From NCBI GenBank assembly GCA_964490075.1, contig CAZBBK010000005.1, positions 124,001 through 154,779 of the forward strand: a DNA stretch of 30,779 bases. The letters are read 5' to 3'. The number at the start of each line of letters is the position of its first letter. Positions within the stretch are counted from its first letter, which is position 1. Position numbers and translations under genes: made by a program. The notes under the pieces are model-generated. The model ran no database searches. It worked only from the letters and a program-made list of their open reading frames with translations, and was not told the origin of the DNA. Positions 7,845-15,814 of the stretch are shown piece after piece. Origin of the DNA: an uncultured Gemmatimonadota bacterium (lineage in GTDB: Bacteria > GCA-2686955).

Positions 7845-9281
7845 TCAGAAGTAACCTCGGCGCTGCATCGTCTCGATCACCTCGTCCGAGTACTCCGTCT
7901 CGATCGTCGGTGCCTTTCCGGGCCCGATCCCGACGCAGCTGCGCATCATCCGCTCGAACGCGGCGCGCATCGCCCGCACCCGTTCCGGCTCCGTGCCGGC
8001 CAGGTCGATCCGCTCACCGGGGTCGGTCGCCTGGTCGAAGAGCAGAGGCCTTCGTCCATCGTCGATCAGCTTGTGGGAGCCTTGCACGAAGGTCCACCGC
8101 TCGAACGTCTCGGAGTAGGCGTAATCGGCGGGCTCGGCGGTGAAAATCCGGCCTTCGGAGAGAGCGTCCCCCGGATCGTCACCCACGAAATCCAGCAGGG
8201 CCGGCATCAGGTCGATCGCCTGGGTCGTCGCTTCCACATCGGCGGGCAGCGCATTCGGTTTCCGCCCGCGCGGGAACTTCACGATCAGCGGCACGCGGAT
8301 CACCTCGTTCCACAGCGCGTGTCCATGCCCATAGCCACGGTGGTCGTACAGCTCCTCGCCATGGTCGGCGGTGACGATGAGTAGCGTGTCGTCGTAGAGA
8401 GAATCCGCCTCCAACCCGTCGAGGATCATGGCCACATGGTCGTCGATGTGTCGCAGCTCGGCGTCGTACACCAGATTGAGGAACTCGACGTCGTCCGGCT
8501 GCAGTGTGAGTCGGCCTTCATTGATCGCGTCCTGGGTTTCGGGTGTCGTGAAGTCCACGCCGGCACGGATACGCCGCGCTTCGTCGTATTCGATCCCGGC
8601 GGCGTTCGCGTAGCGTTGCATGAATTCGGGGTGGCGCTCCTCGGGCGGGAAAGGATGATGGCAACCGGCCAGATGCAAATACCCGAAGTAGGAGCCGGGT
8701 GCCGAGGCCAGCTCGAGGGCTGCGCGAGCGCGGCTCTCGTCGCCGCGGATCTCGTCGGGGCCCTGGTACTCGTCGAAACCCTGCGCGAAGCCCGCCTTGC
8801 GCCCGATCTGATGGGTCTTGACCACACCAAAGGTGCGGTAGCCGAGGCTCCGGAAGCGCTCGGCCAGTGTATCGATCTCCTCGTCTAGCAACTGCATAAA
8901 GAAGAGCCAGGGCCACAGCCGAGCACGGCGCAGCATGGGGCCACGAATGACGCCGTGCTGAAACCCGTACAGTCCGGTGAACAGGCTGGCGGTCGAAGCC
9001 TGGGTATAGCCGGCCTGCACGTAATGGCGACGGAAGATCACGCTGTCGGGATCGCGGGCGAGGCGGTCGATCGCCGGCGTCGTCTCGCGGTGGTAGCCAT
9101 AGCAGCTCACGTGGTCCGCGCGCATCGAATCCACGACCACGATCAAGACGCTCGGGCCGCCGATCCTGGTCGGGGTTTCGATCTCGGGCTCGCGCGGATC
9201 GCCCACCCCGAACCACGCCAGGCCCGCGGCCAGCGCGACCAGGCTCGCGCCGAGCGCCAGCGTGCGGATCGAGAGAGTCAT
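7845..9281 (-). CDS. Membrane-anchored sulfatase-like hydrolase/transferase
   Basis: N-terminal TM helix, VDSMRADH, TPAIDRLA, YTQASTASLFTG, YDAELRHID, ADHGEELYDHRGYGHG, DPGE and C-terminal MQRRGYF. Confidence 0.9.
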   Translation of the reverse strand: MTLSIRTLALGASLVALAAGLAWFGVGDPREPEIETPTRIGGPSVLIVVVDSMRADHVSCYGYHRETTPAIDRLARDPDSVIFRRHYVQAGYTQASTASLFTGLYGFQHGVIRGPMLRRARLWPWLFFMQLLDEEIDTLAERFRSLGYRTFGVVKTHQIGRKAGFAQGFDEYQGPDEIRGDESRARAALELASAPGSYFGYLHLAGCHHPFPPEERHPEFMQRYANAAGIEYDEARRIRAGVDFTTPETQDAINEGRLTLQPDDVEFLNLVYDAELRHIDDHVAMILDGLEADSLYDDTLLIVTADHGEELYDHRGYGHGHALWNEVIRVPLIVKFPRGRKPNALPADVEATTQAIDLMPALLDFVGDDPGDALSEGRIFTAEPADYAYSETFERWTFVQGSHKLIDDGRRPLLFDQATDPGERIDLAGTEPERVRAMRAAFERMMRSCVGIGPGKAPTIETEYSDEVIETMQRRGYF

Positions 9282-9638
9282 CAGAAGTGTCTCCTGCTCT
9301 GGAATGGAGTCGATGCTCGGCAGGCCAGGGTGGGCTGCTCAGGACGTTCGGTGCGGAGGAGGACCGGTGGCGCCGCGATCAACTCCATGAGCACTGCCCA
9401 GTCGTCTCTGTGCATCGGCCTGCTCCTGTTTTTCGTCGCCGGCCCTCCACCCGAGACGGTGCGACCGCGGCGTTTTGCCTGCATTGTAGTCCGGCGCGGC
9501 CAACCCGCGCCCGTGCCAGGGACCTGGCCCGCACCTTCGCGCTCGACTTCTTCTGCTGGCAACCAAGGCTCCACTGGCTTGCGCGAACCCTTGGCGCAGA
9601 TCCGCCACACCCCGATCGCCGCACGCCGGGTCGCCATC

Positions 9639-9758
9639 GAGCCACAGCCAGTTGCTGGGTCCGCCGTAGGCGCCGATGTCGGCGCGGGGTCCGTTCTCGA
9701 TGTGCCTCGGCCAGCGCTCATCGGAGTCGTAGATCGCGTCCCGCGATCCCGGCTCGCC
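9639..9758 (-). pseudogene. Orphan C-terminal fragment of a beta-helix-family secreted protein
   Basis: Translates to GEPGSRDAIYDSDERWPRHIENGPRADIGAYGGPSNWLWL, which is 21/40 identical without gaps to the protein encoded at 20416-20535. It has no in-frame start. Confidence 0.8.
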
Positions 9759-9907
9759 GTGCCTCGTCCCCGGTAGATCCTCTCGACTTGCTCATGGCGC
9801 CTCCTCGCCGGCCCCGCGGCCGGCTGGATCTGGCGCCCGTTTCGTTGATGGCTACGAGTCTACTTGCGGAATCTTGGGCCCGATTTGCGGCAGGAGCTGG
9901 GGGCGTA

Positions 9908-10024
9908 TGACAGTTAGGGCGCACATCGCTGTCACAACTCCGCATTCAGCCCTGGGGACCAGAAGTTGTGACGCAAATAGCTGTCGTAACCCTCGGTTTC
10001 CATTGTTGAGTCGGGAGTTGTGAC
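9908..10024. repeat. Array of GTCACAACT-like inverted half-sites: two 42-bp units with a 52-bp period
   Basis: GTCACAACT-N24-AGTTGTGAC (9931-9972) and GTCGTAACC-N24-AGTTGTGAC (9983-10024). There is also an extra TGACAG at 9908-9913, inverted relative to CTGTCA at 9929-9934. Confidence 0.7.
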
Positions 10025-10068
10025 TTGCGGGATGTCCACGGGCAAGTCGTCCGCACCACGCGGACCCC

Positions 10069-10773
10069 CTACTCGAACTGCCGCCGAAACTCCTCGAAGC
10101 GCCCTTCCAGCACCCGCAGGGCGTCGGCCAGCGCCCGAACCTCGGCGCGCAGCTCCGCCAGCGCGTCGGGAGCGAGGGTCGCGGGCGGCGGCACGGCAGG
10201 CGCCGGACGATGGGGGGCCGCGGGCGCGGGCGGGGCATCGACCTGTTCCTCAGGCACCGTGTCGTAGCCCAGGAGGTGCCCCCAACGCGGCTCCGATTGC
10301 CCCGGGCGGCGCGGTAGCAGGACCACCAGAGGTTCCCCCTCGCGATCGGCCAGCTCATCCAGGGTCGCCTCGACGGCGGCGCGATCGGGGAAGGGGGCCA
10401 TGCGGGAGCAGCGGTTGCGCAGGGCGCCCGGAGTCTGCGGCCCGCGCAGCATCAGCTCGCAGAGCACCGCCAGGTGCTGGTGGGGCAGCTCCAGGCGCTC
10501 GGCGAGCCGATGCCCGTACTTCTCCTTGCGGAACTTCGGTCCGGTGCGAATCACCAGCAGATCGAAGGCCCGCAGGGCGCGCATCGCCGCATCGAGTGTC
10601 TCTTCATCGAGCTCCATGACCGGGTCGCGGTTGCTCTTCTGATTGCAGGCGGCGAGCAGCGCGTTCCGGGTCAGCGGGTAGTACTCCGGCGTCGCCAGCT
10701 GCTTCTCGACGAGACAGGCCAGCACCCGCAGCTCGACCGCGTGCAGTCCCTCCTCCGATCCGATGTTCGCCAT
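10069..10773 (-). CDS. yceH: YceH/DUF480 (UPF0502) family protein
   Basis: AGGAG precedes ATG 10773. Motifs: ELRVLACLVEKQLATPEYYPLTRNALLAACNQKSNRDPVMEL, LMLRGPQTPG, RWGHLL, plus a C-terminal coiled coil. Confidence 0.92.
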   Translation of the reverse strand: MANIGSEEGLHAVELRVLACLVEKQLATPEYYPLTRNALLAACNQKSNRDPVMELDEETLDAAMRALRAFDLLVIRTGPKFRKEKYGHRLAERLELPHQHLAVLCELMLRGPQTPGALRNRCSRMAPFPDRAAVEATLDELADREGEPLVVLLPRRPGQSEPRWGHLLGYDTVPEEQVDAPPAPAAPHRPAPAVPPPATLAPDALAELRAEVRALADALRVLEGRFEEFRRQFE

Positions 10774-11239
10774 TCGGGCTCCTGGTTCCGTCGGTGCTTC
10801 CATCGGAGTGGAGACTAGCGCGGGGCCGCGGGTCCTGGCCAGGAACGGGGGCGACCGCCGCGACCGCGATTCGTGTTTTCGTCGCGGCCCAGTCGGTGGT
10901 GTAGGCGCGGTCCCGCCACAGGAACACCGCTCCCGGTCCGCGGGCGGCGCGCGCCCGGGCGAAAGCCGCGCCGAATTCGAGGGCGTCGAGATCGGCCGGC
11001 GGACGCGGGAGGTCGGGTGGTGTGATTGCGGCGAGCGGCGGCGGAGCGCTCGGCGGCGACGGAGCGTCGGGCACCGGCAGATCCCGGTCGGAGGCGGGCG
11101 GCGCGGCGGCGAGCTCCGCGGCGGGGCGGGGGGCCAGCAGCAGGGCGCTGGCGGTGACGAAGAGGCCGACGACGACGATCGCGGCCAGCCAGGCGGGCCG
11201 CGCATCGAGGCGGCCGCGCTCCGATTGCAGTTCGAACAT
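10604..11239 (-). CDS. Single-pass membrane protein with Pro-rich linker and a small C-terminal domain
   Basis: TM helix WLAAIVVVGLFVTASALLL, Pro-rich stalk, then FGAAFARARAARGPGAVFLWRDRAYTT. The 3' end overlaps yceH by 170 nt, so the true stop is uncertain (there is a TAG at 10815 in another frame). Confidence 0.6.
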   Translation of the reverse strand: MFELQSERGRLDARPAWLAAIVVVGLFVTASALLLAPRPAAELAAAPPASDRDLPVPDAPSPPSAPPPLAAITPPDLPRPPADLDALEFGAAFARARAARGPGAVFLWRDRAYTTDWAATKTRIAVAAVAPVPGQDPRPRASLHSDGSTDGTRSPNGEHRIGGGTARGRAAGAGLSRREAAGDAGVLPADPERAARRLQSEEQPRPGHGAR

Positions 11240-11553
11240 GACAAGGCTCCAGGCTCGGGTCAGCGGAGTGGCAGGAGGCGCGAGATCGACTCCCCTCCTC
11301 CCCCACCGCAAGCTCCGGACCGCACCGCGTCGGCTCGGGTCCGCGCGTCTACGTCCCCGCAGAACACCGCATTGCGCAGACTGCCCGAGTCCCCCTCGGC
11401 CCACTCCGTGTCCCCCGGGACACGTTCCATCCCCCCTTCCACACAAGCGCGGCCGGACCAATCCCCAGACCATGCCACGGATCGGAAGTGGCTTAGACTG
11501 GTCGCGATCCGTCCTTTCCCCCGTCCCCAAGAATCGGAGCCGCCGCCGTGCCC

Positions 11554-12741
11554 ATGCGACCGATCCCGGCCCTCCTCCTCGCTCTCATCTGCCTGCTCGC
11601 ATCCGCCCCGGCCCAGGCAGCCTCCGCGCTGCCGCCCCGCTGCGGCGTCGCCCCTCCGAGCCCCGCGCAGGTGCTCGAGTCGGTCGCCATCGTGGAGGCC
11701 TTCGACGACCAGGCGACCGGCCGCTCCTACCCGGTGGTGGTCCCGGTGGCGATGCACGTGGTGCACGCCGAGTCGGGCCGCGGCAACGTCCCCAACACGA
11801 TGATCCTGGAGCAGATCGAGGTGCTCAACATCGCCTACGAGGGCAAGGGCTTCACCTTTCGCCTGGCGGGCATCGACCGCACCGCCAACGACGCCTGGTT
11901 CCGCGACTTCTTCGGTCACGAGTCGCAGATCTACTCGGCCCTCGCCGTCGACCCGGCCACCACCCTGAACCTCTACATCTCCAACATCCCCTACCTTGGC
12001 TACGCCTATCTACCCGGCACCTGGCCCGAGGACAGCCCCTGGAACGCCGCGGTGGTGCTCTACAGCAGCCTTCCGGACGCCGGCGGCGCCCCTTACGACG
12101 AGGGCGACACCGCGGTGCACGAGGTCGGCCACTACCTAGGCCTGTGGCACACCTTCGACGGCGGCTGCTACGGACCGGGCGACGGAGTCGACGACACCCC
12201 GGCCGAGGCGTCGCCGGCCTGGGATTGCCCGATCGGCCGCGACAGCTGCCCCCAGGAAGGCCTCGACCCGATCCACAACTACATGGACTACACCGACGAC
12301 CGCTGCCTCTACCGCTTCACCGAGGGCCAGCGCGAGCGCATGATCGCCCTCTGCCACACCCACCGGCCGACCCTGATGGAGACCCTCTGCGACCTGCGCC
12401 TGGAGCTGCCCGCCTACGACCTGCTGCTGGAGCCCGGCGCCGCCGCCACCCTTCCGGTGCGGCTGCACAACGAATGCGACAATGCGCTCTACGTCGACCG
12501 CGCCGATTGGAGCATCGCCGGCCCGGTGCGTTTCGAGTCGACCATCTTCCAGGGCGCGCCGACCGGCTTCAGCCCCCACGCGGTCTACGACATGACCTGG
12601 CGCATGGACGTGCCCGCCGCGGCACCCGAAGGCCGCTACACGGCGACCCTCTCGATCTCCAGCGCCGGTGAGCCGATCTCCGCCGACTCGCTGCACGTCG
12701 AGATCCGCGCGGCGCAGCCGGCACGGGCGGATCGGTACTAA
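11554..12741 (+). CDS. Secreted M43 (pappalysin/ulilysin-type) zinc metalloprotease with a C-terminal beta domain
   Basis: Signal peptide, prodomain Cys (RCG), VPVAMHVV, QIEVLN, LGYAYLP, HEVGHYLGLWHTF (HExxHxxGxxH), DTPAE, Met-turn NYMDY and FTEGQRERM. Confidence 0.93.
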   Translation: MRPIPALLLALICLLASAPAQAASALPPRCGVAPPSPAQVLESVAIVEAFDDQATGRSYPVVVPVAMHVVHAESGRGNVPNTMILEQIEVLNIAYEGKGFTFRLAGIDRTANDAWFRDFFGHESQIYSALAVDPATTLNLYISNIPYLGYAYLPGTWPEDSPWNAAVVLYSSLPDAGGAPYDEGDTAVHEVGHYLGLWHTFDGGCYGPGDGVDDTPAEASPAWDCPIGRDSCPQEGLDPIHNYMDYTDDRCLYRFTEGQRERMIALCHTHRPTLMETLCDLRLELPAYDLLLEPGAAATLPVRLHNECDNALYVDRADWSIAGPVRFESTIFQGAPTGFSPHAVYDMTWRMDVPAAAPEGRYTATLSISSAGEPISADSLHVEIRAAQPARADRY

Positions 12742-14078
12742 CGCCTCATGCGCACGGTATAGGTCAGCGTCACCTCCCGATCCGCATCCAGGTCGACCTT
12801 CCACTCCGCGGTGCGGGCGTCCTTCTTGGCCGAAGGGTGCGACGACTCGCGGATCTCCCAGTCGCCCCAGAAGCGATCCTGGACGGCGACCGTCACCGGG
12901 TCGGTCTTGCGGTTACGGAGCTCGACCTTCACGCGTCGCTCCCAGACCCGCGCCGAGACCCGCGTTTCGTCGGCTACGGCGCGCTCGGCCACCACGTCGA
13001 AGGCGTTGCCGACGCCCACCCGCAAAGTCTCGCCGCGCGGCGTGTGATCGATCGCATCCTCGCCGATGAACTGCTCGCCGCCGCGGGTATCGCGCTTGTA
13101 GGTGCGCACCTTGCCCTTGGGCAGGGGCATGCCGAGCCCGCCGCTCTCACGATTCTCCAGCTCCAGCACCACCCGCACCTTGCGCTCGTCGACCCAGGGC
13201 TGATACTCGAAGAGCTTCTTCACCGGGGCACGGGCCGGCGCGAAGAGGGCGATCTGCTTGGTCTCGCGGTCGCGCAGCGAGACCCGGCGCGGCAGGGTAT
13301 AGAGGTGGTACTCGAAGAAGCTCTCCTCCTCGAATCCGGCATCGGCGGCACCGGCGGCCCGCACCATCATCGCCCGCGCGTGCACCGGCCGGCGCTTCTC
13401 GGCCACGCGCTGCACGTCGCCGGCCACCAGCTGCAGGGAGGCATCGACGAAGTCGGCGCCCGAGCGGTTGTCGATACTGACCCAGGCCGAGAGCCGGGCC
13501 TCTGAGTCATCGTCGTTGGTCACGGCGACGTACTCGGCGTGCCACGACATCCCCTCGGTAAGGTAGGAGAGGCTGGCCGAACGTGGACCGGCACGCTCGG
13601 CTACCACCTCCCAGACCAGGGTGGGGCGGGTGATCAGGCCCTCGGGCAGGCGCTCGAGCTGGATGTCGACCACCTTGTCGCGGCGCAGCAGCGAGAGCCC
13701 GGCGGCCTCGGCGAGAACCAGCTGGGCGCGGCCGAAGGAGAGCAGGGTGCCCTGGTGCAGCTCGCCGCCCTCGGTGATCACCCGCAGCTCGGCGTCGATG
13801 CTGCGCTCCAGAATGCGCTCGGGATCGGCCAGGTCGAAGCGGTAGTTCTGCTCCAAGACTTCGAGGGCGGGACCGGATGCGCCGGCGCCGAGATGGACGC
13901 TGGTGGGATCGATGGCGGCGGCGACGTCGCCGATGGCGACCGTGGAAGGGCCCTTGGGTAGATCGAGCCGGCGCTGCTCGCGCACCAGGGCCAGGTTGTC
14001 GTTGTAGACGGTGAGCTGGACCTCGCTCGGAGGAGCGACGGAGGCGGCGACGAGGGTGGCAAGAGATAGGATGGACAT
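12738..14078 (-). CDS. DUF4139 (with DUF4140-type N-terminus) domain protein
   Basis: GGAG precedes ATG 14078. Motifs: LTVYNDNLALVRE, IDPTSV, LEQNYRFDL, LSYLTEGMSWHAEY, FEYHLYTL, TKQI, LGMPLPKGKVR, FIGEDAIDHTP and GNAFDV. Confidence 0.88.
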   Translation of the reverse strand: MSILSLATLVAASVAPPSEVQLTVYNDNLALVREQRRLDLPKGPSTVAIGDVAAAIDPTSVHLGAGASGPALEVLEQNYRFDLADPERILERSIDAELRVITEGGELHQGTLLSFGRAQLVLAEAAGLSLLRRDKVVDIQLERLPEGLITRPTLVWEVVAERAGPRSASLSYLTEGMSWHAEYVAVTNDDDSEARLSAWVSIDNRSGADFVDASLQLVAGDVQRVAEKRRPVHARAMMVRAAGAADAGFEEESFFEYHLYTLPRRVSLRDRETKQIALFAPARAPVKKLFEYQPWVDERKVRVVLELENRESGGLGMPLPKGKVRTYKRDTRGGEQFIGEDAIDHTPRGETLRVGVGNAFDVVAERAVADETRVSARVWERRVKVELRNRKTDPVTVAVQDRFWGDWEIRESSHPSAKKDARTAEWKVDLDADREVTLTYTVRMRR

Positions 14079-14210
14079 GTCTTCTCCAAGGCGGTGGATG
14101 CGCAGCGGCCAGAGTAGCGGAGATCGGCCGGAAGGCGCGCGGGGCGGCATCGGTCCGGGTTAGAGTCCTGGGCGACACCGATCCTCTCGTCCTTTCTGCC
14201 GGAGCCACCC

Positions 14211-15734
14211 ATGTCCCGCCGACTCGACTTCGTTTTGACCACCGCCGCCTTGCTGGCGAGCGGCTCCGTCGCCGCCGACACGCTGCCACGGGGCTCCTGG
14301 GTCACCGACGGCCTGCTGGCCAACCTGCAGGACTCGGCGCTCGAGATCATCGCCACCGAGCTCGAAGAGGCGGCCGACCGGCAGCTGCGCGAGCAGCTCT
14401 ACGGGATCAACAACGCCAAGATCTACGACGAAGGCTGCTTCTGGGAGTACAACGCCTACATCGACCACGTCAGCTACGTCGACTTCGACTACCCGGTGGT
14501 GGTGATCGACGCCCGCGACGGAATCCTGCACGCCGACTTCACGATCACCAATCTGCGCATCGAGTTCGTGCTCGACGGCGAGGGGCTGTTCTGCGCAGAC
14601 AGCTACGACTGTGACTCCGCGGTCGACGTCAGCCTGCTCTCGGGCTCTGGCGATGCGTCGCTGGCGGTGGTGGGCGATCACGTGCGGGCGACCATGACGT
14701 CGACCAGCGCCACGGTTTCGGGCTACGAGTACGACACCACCTGGGACTGCTTCATCATCGAATTGATCGCCGAGATCTTGCAGGACAGCATCGAGGATGG
14801 TCTGGAGGAGGATCTGCTGGAAGTGATGCAGACCGACCTGCCGGAGGCGATCGAGGATCTCTTCGTGGAGCTGGAGTTCTCCGAGGACGACGAGCTCTTC
14901 GAGGTCCCCTTCCACATGGAGGGGAGGCCCTTCAGCGTGCTCACCACCGAGCCCGGGATCACGATGAGCGAAGCGACCCAGGTGACCGCCGGCAGCGCTC
15001 CCTGCGGGCCGGTGATCGACACCTTCCGCCACACGCCGAGCCCGCCGCCGCTCTTCGGCGCCGGCATTCCCGGCAGCGGCGACCCCTACGACATGGCCGT
15101 GTCGCTCTCCGACGATCTGTTCAACCAGATGCTCTACATCAGCTACGACAGCGGCGCCCTGTGCATCACGCTCGACGAGAACTCCGAGGAACGCTACGGG
15201 CTGGCCTGGGACTACACCACCACCGACCTGATGCTGATCTTCCCCGAGCTCTATGCGCTGGCGCCCGACGCTCGCACCAAGGTGGAAGTGGTGCCGCGCG
15301 TGGTGCCGGAGGTGGCGATCGGAGAGGGGGACGGGATCGTCGAGGGACAGCTCGAGATGTTCCTGGGCGAAACGGCGCTCTCGCTCTACGTGGAGATCGA
15401 CGCGAGTTGGGAGCTGGCGCTGAGGGTGGCGGTGAGCGCCGACGCCGAGTTCCTGGTGCGCGTGACCGACTACGGGGCGCTCAAGATCTGGATGTCGGAC
15501 CTGTTCGGGATCGTGATCGAGATCGAGGAGGAGCCCCTGGCCGACCTGAACGACGTGGTGGTCGAACAGATGCTGCCGCGGCTGCTCGGCGTGCTGGTGC
15601 CGGTGCTCTTCACGGTGCTCGACGGCGTGTTCCTGCCGCATATCGAGAGCTACGCGATGGTGCCGCTGGCGGTGATCGCCGACGGCCCGGGCGAGGACTT
15701 CCTGTCGATCTACGTGGATCTGGTCGGGCCCTAG
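14211..15734 (+). CDS. Secreted, highly acidic protein, possibly BPI/LBP/CETP (TULIP) lipid-binding fold
   Basis: Signal peptide, 507 aa, strong GC3 codon bias. DMAVSLSDDLFNQMLYISYDSG in mid-protein resembles the start of the BPI C-terminal domain. The CDS is secure; the fold is inferred. Confidence 0.6.
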   Translation: MSRRLDFVLTTAALLASGSVAADTLPRGSWVTDGLLANLQDSALEIIATELEEAADRQLREQLYGINNAKIYDEGCFWEYNAYIDHVSYVDFDYPVVVIDARDGILHADFTITNLRIEFVLDGEGLFCADSYDCDSAVDVSLLSGSGDASLAVVGDHVRATMTSTSATVSGYEYDTTWDCFIIELIAEILQDSIEDGLEEDLLEVMQTDLPEAIEDLFVELEFSEDDELFEVPFHMEGRPFSVLTTEPGITMSEATQVTAGSAPCGPVIDTFRHTPSPPPLFGAGIPGSGDPYDMAVSLSDDLFNQMLYISYDSGALCITLDENSEERYGLAWDYTTTDLMLIFPELYALAPDARTKVEVVPRVVPEVAIGEGDGIVEGQLEMFLGETALSLYVEIDASWELALRVAVSADAEFLVRVTDYGALKIWMSDLFGIVIEIEEEPLADLNDVVVEQMLPRLLGVLVPVLFTVLDGVFLPHIESYAMVPLAVIADGPGEDFLSIYVDLVGP

Positions 15735-15752
15735 ACCGCCCGCCGGCGACCC

Positions 15753-15791
15753 AAAAGCCCCCGGAAGCGCGCGCCTCCGGGGGCTTTTCTT
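15753..15791. terminator. Bidirectional rho-independent terminator
   Basis: AAAAGCCCCCGGA (15753-15765) and TCCGGGGGCTTTT (15776-15788) form a perfect 13-bp inverted repeat with A and T tracts, between convergent genes. Confidence 0.9.
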
Positions 15792-15814
15792 TGGTGGTCG
15801 GACTCGCGACGCGA

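Noticed and set aside
9849..9867. Sigma-54 promoter (TGGC...TTGC)
   Set aside because: GG-to-GC spacing is 14 nt rather than the required 10.
9908..10024. Mini CRISPR array or integron attC sites
   Set aside because: Only two units with ~9-bp inverted arms, no 23-47-bp direct repeats, no cas or integrase gene, and no convincing attC box layout.
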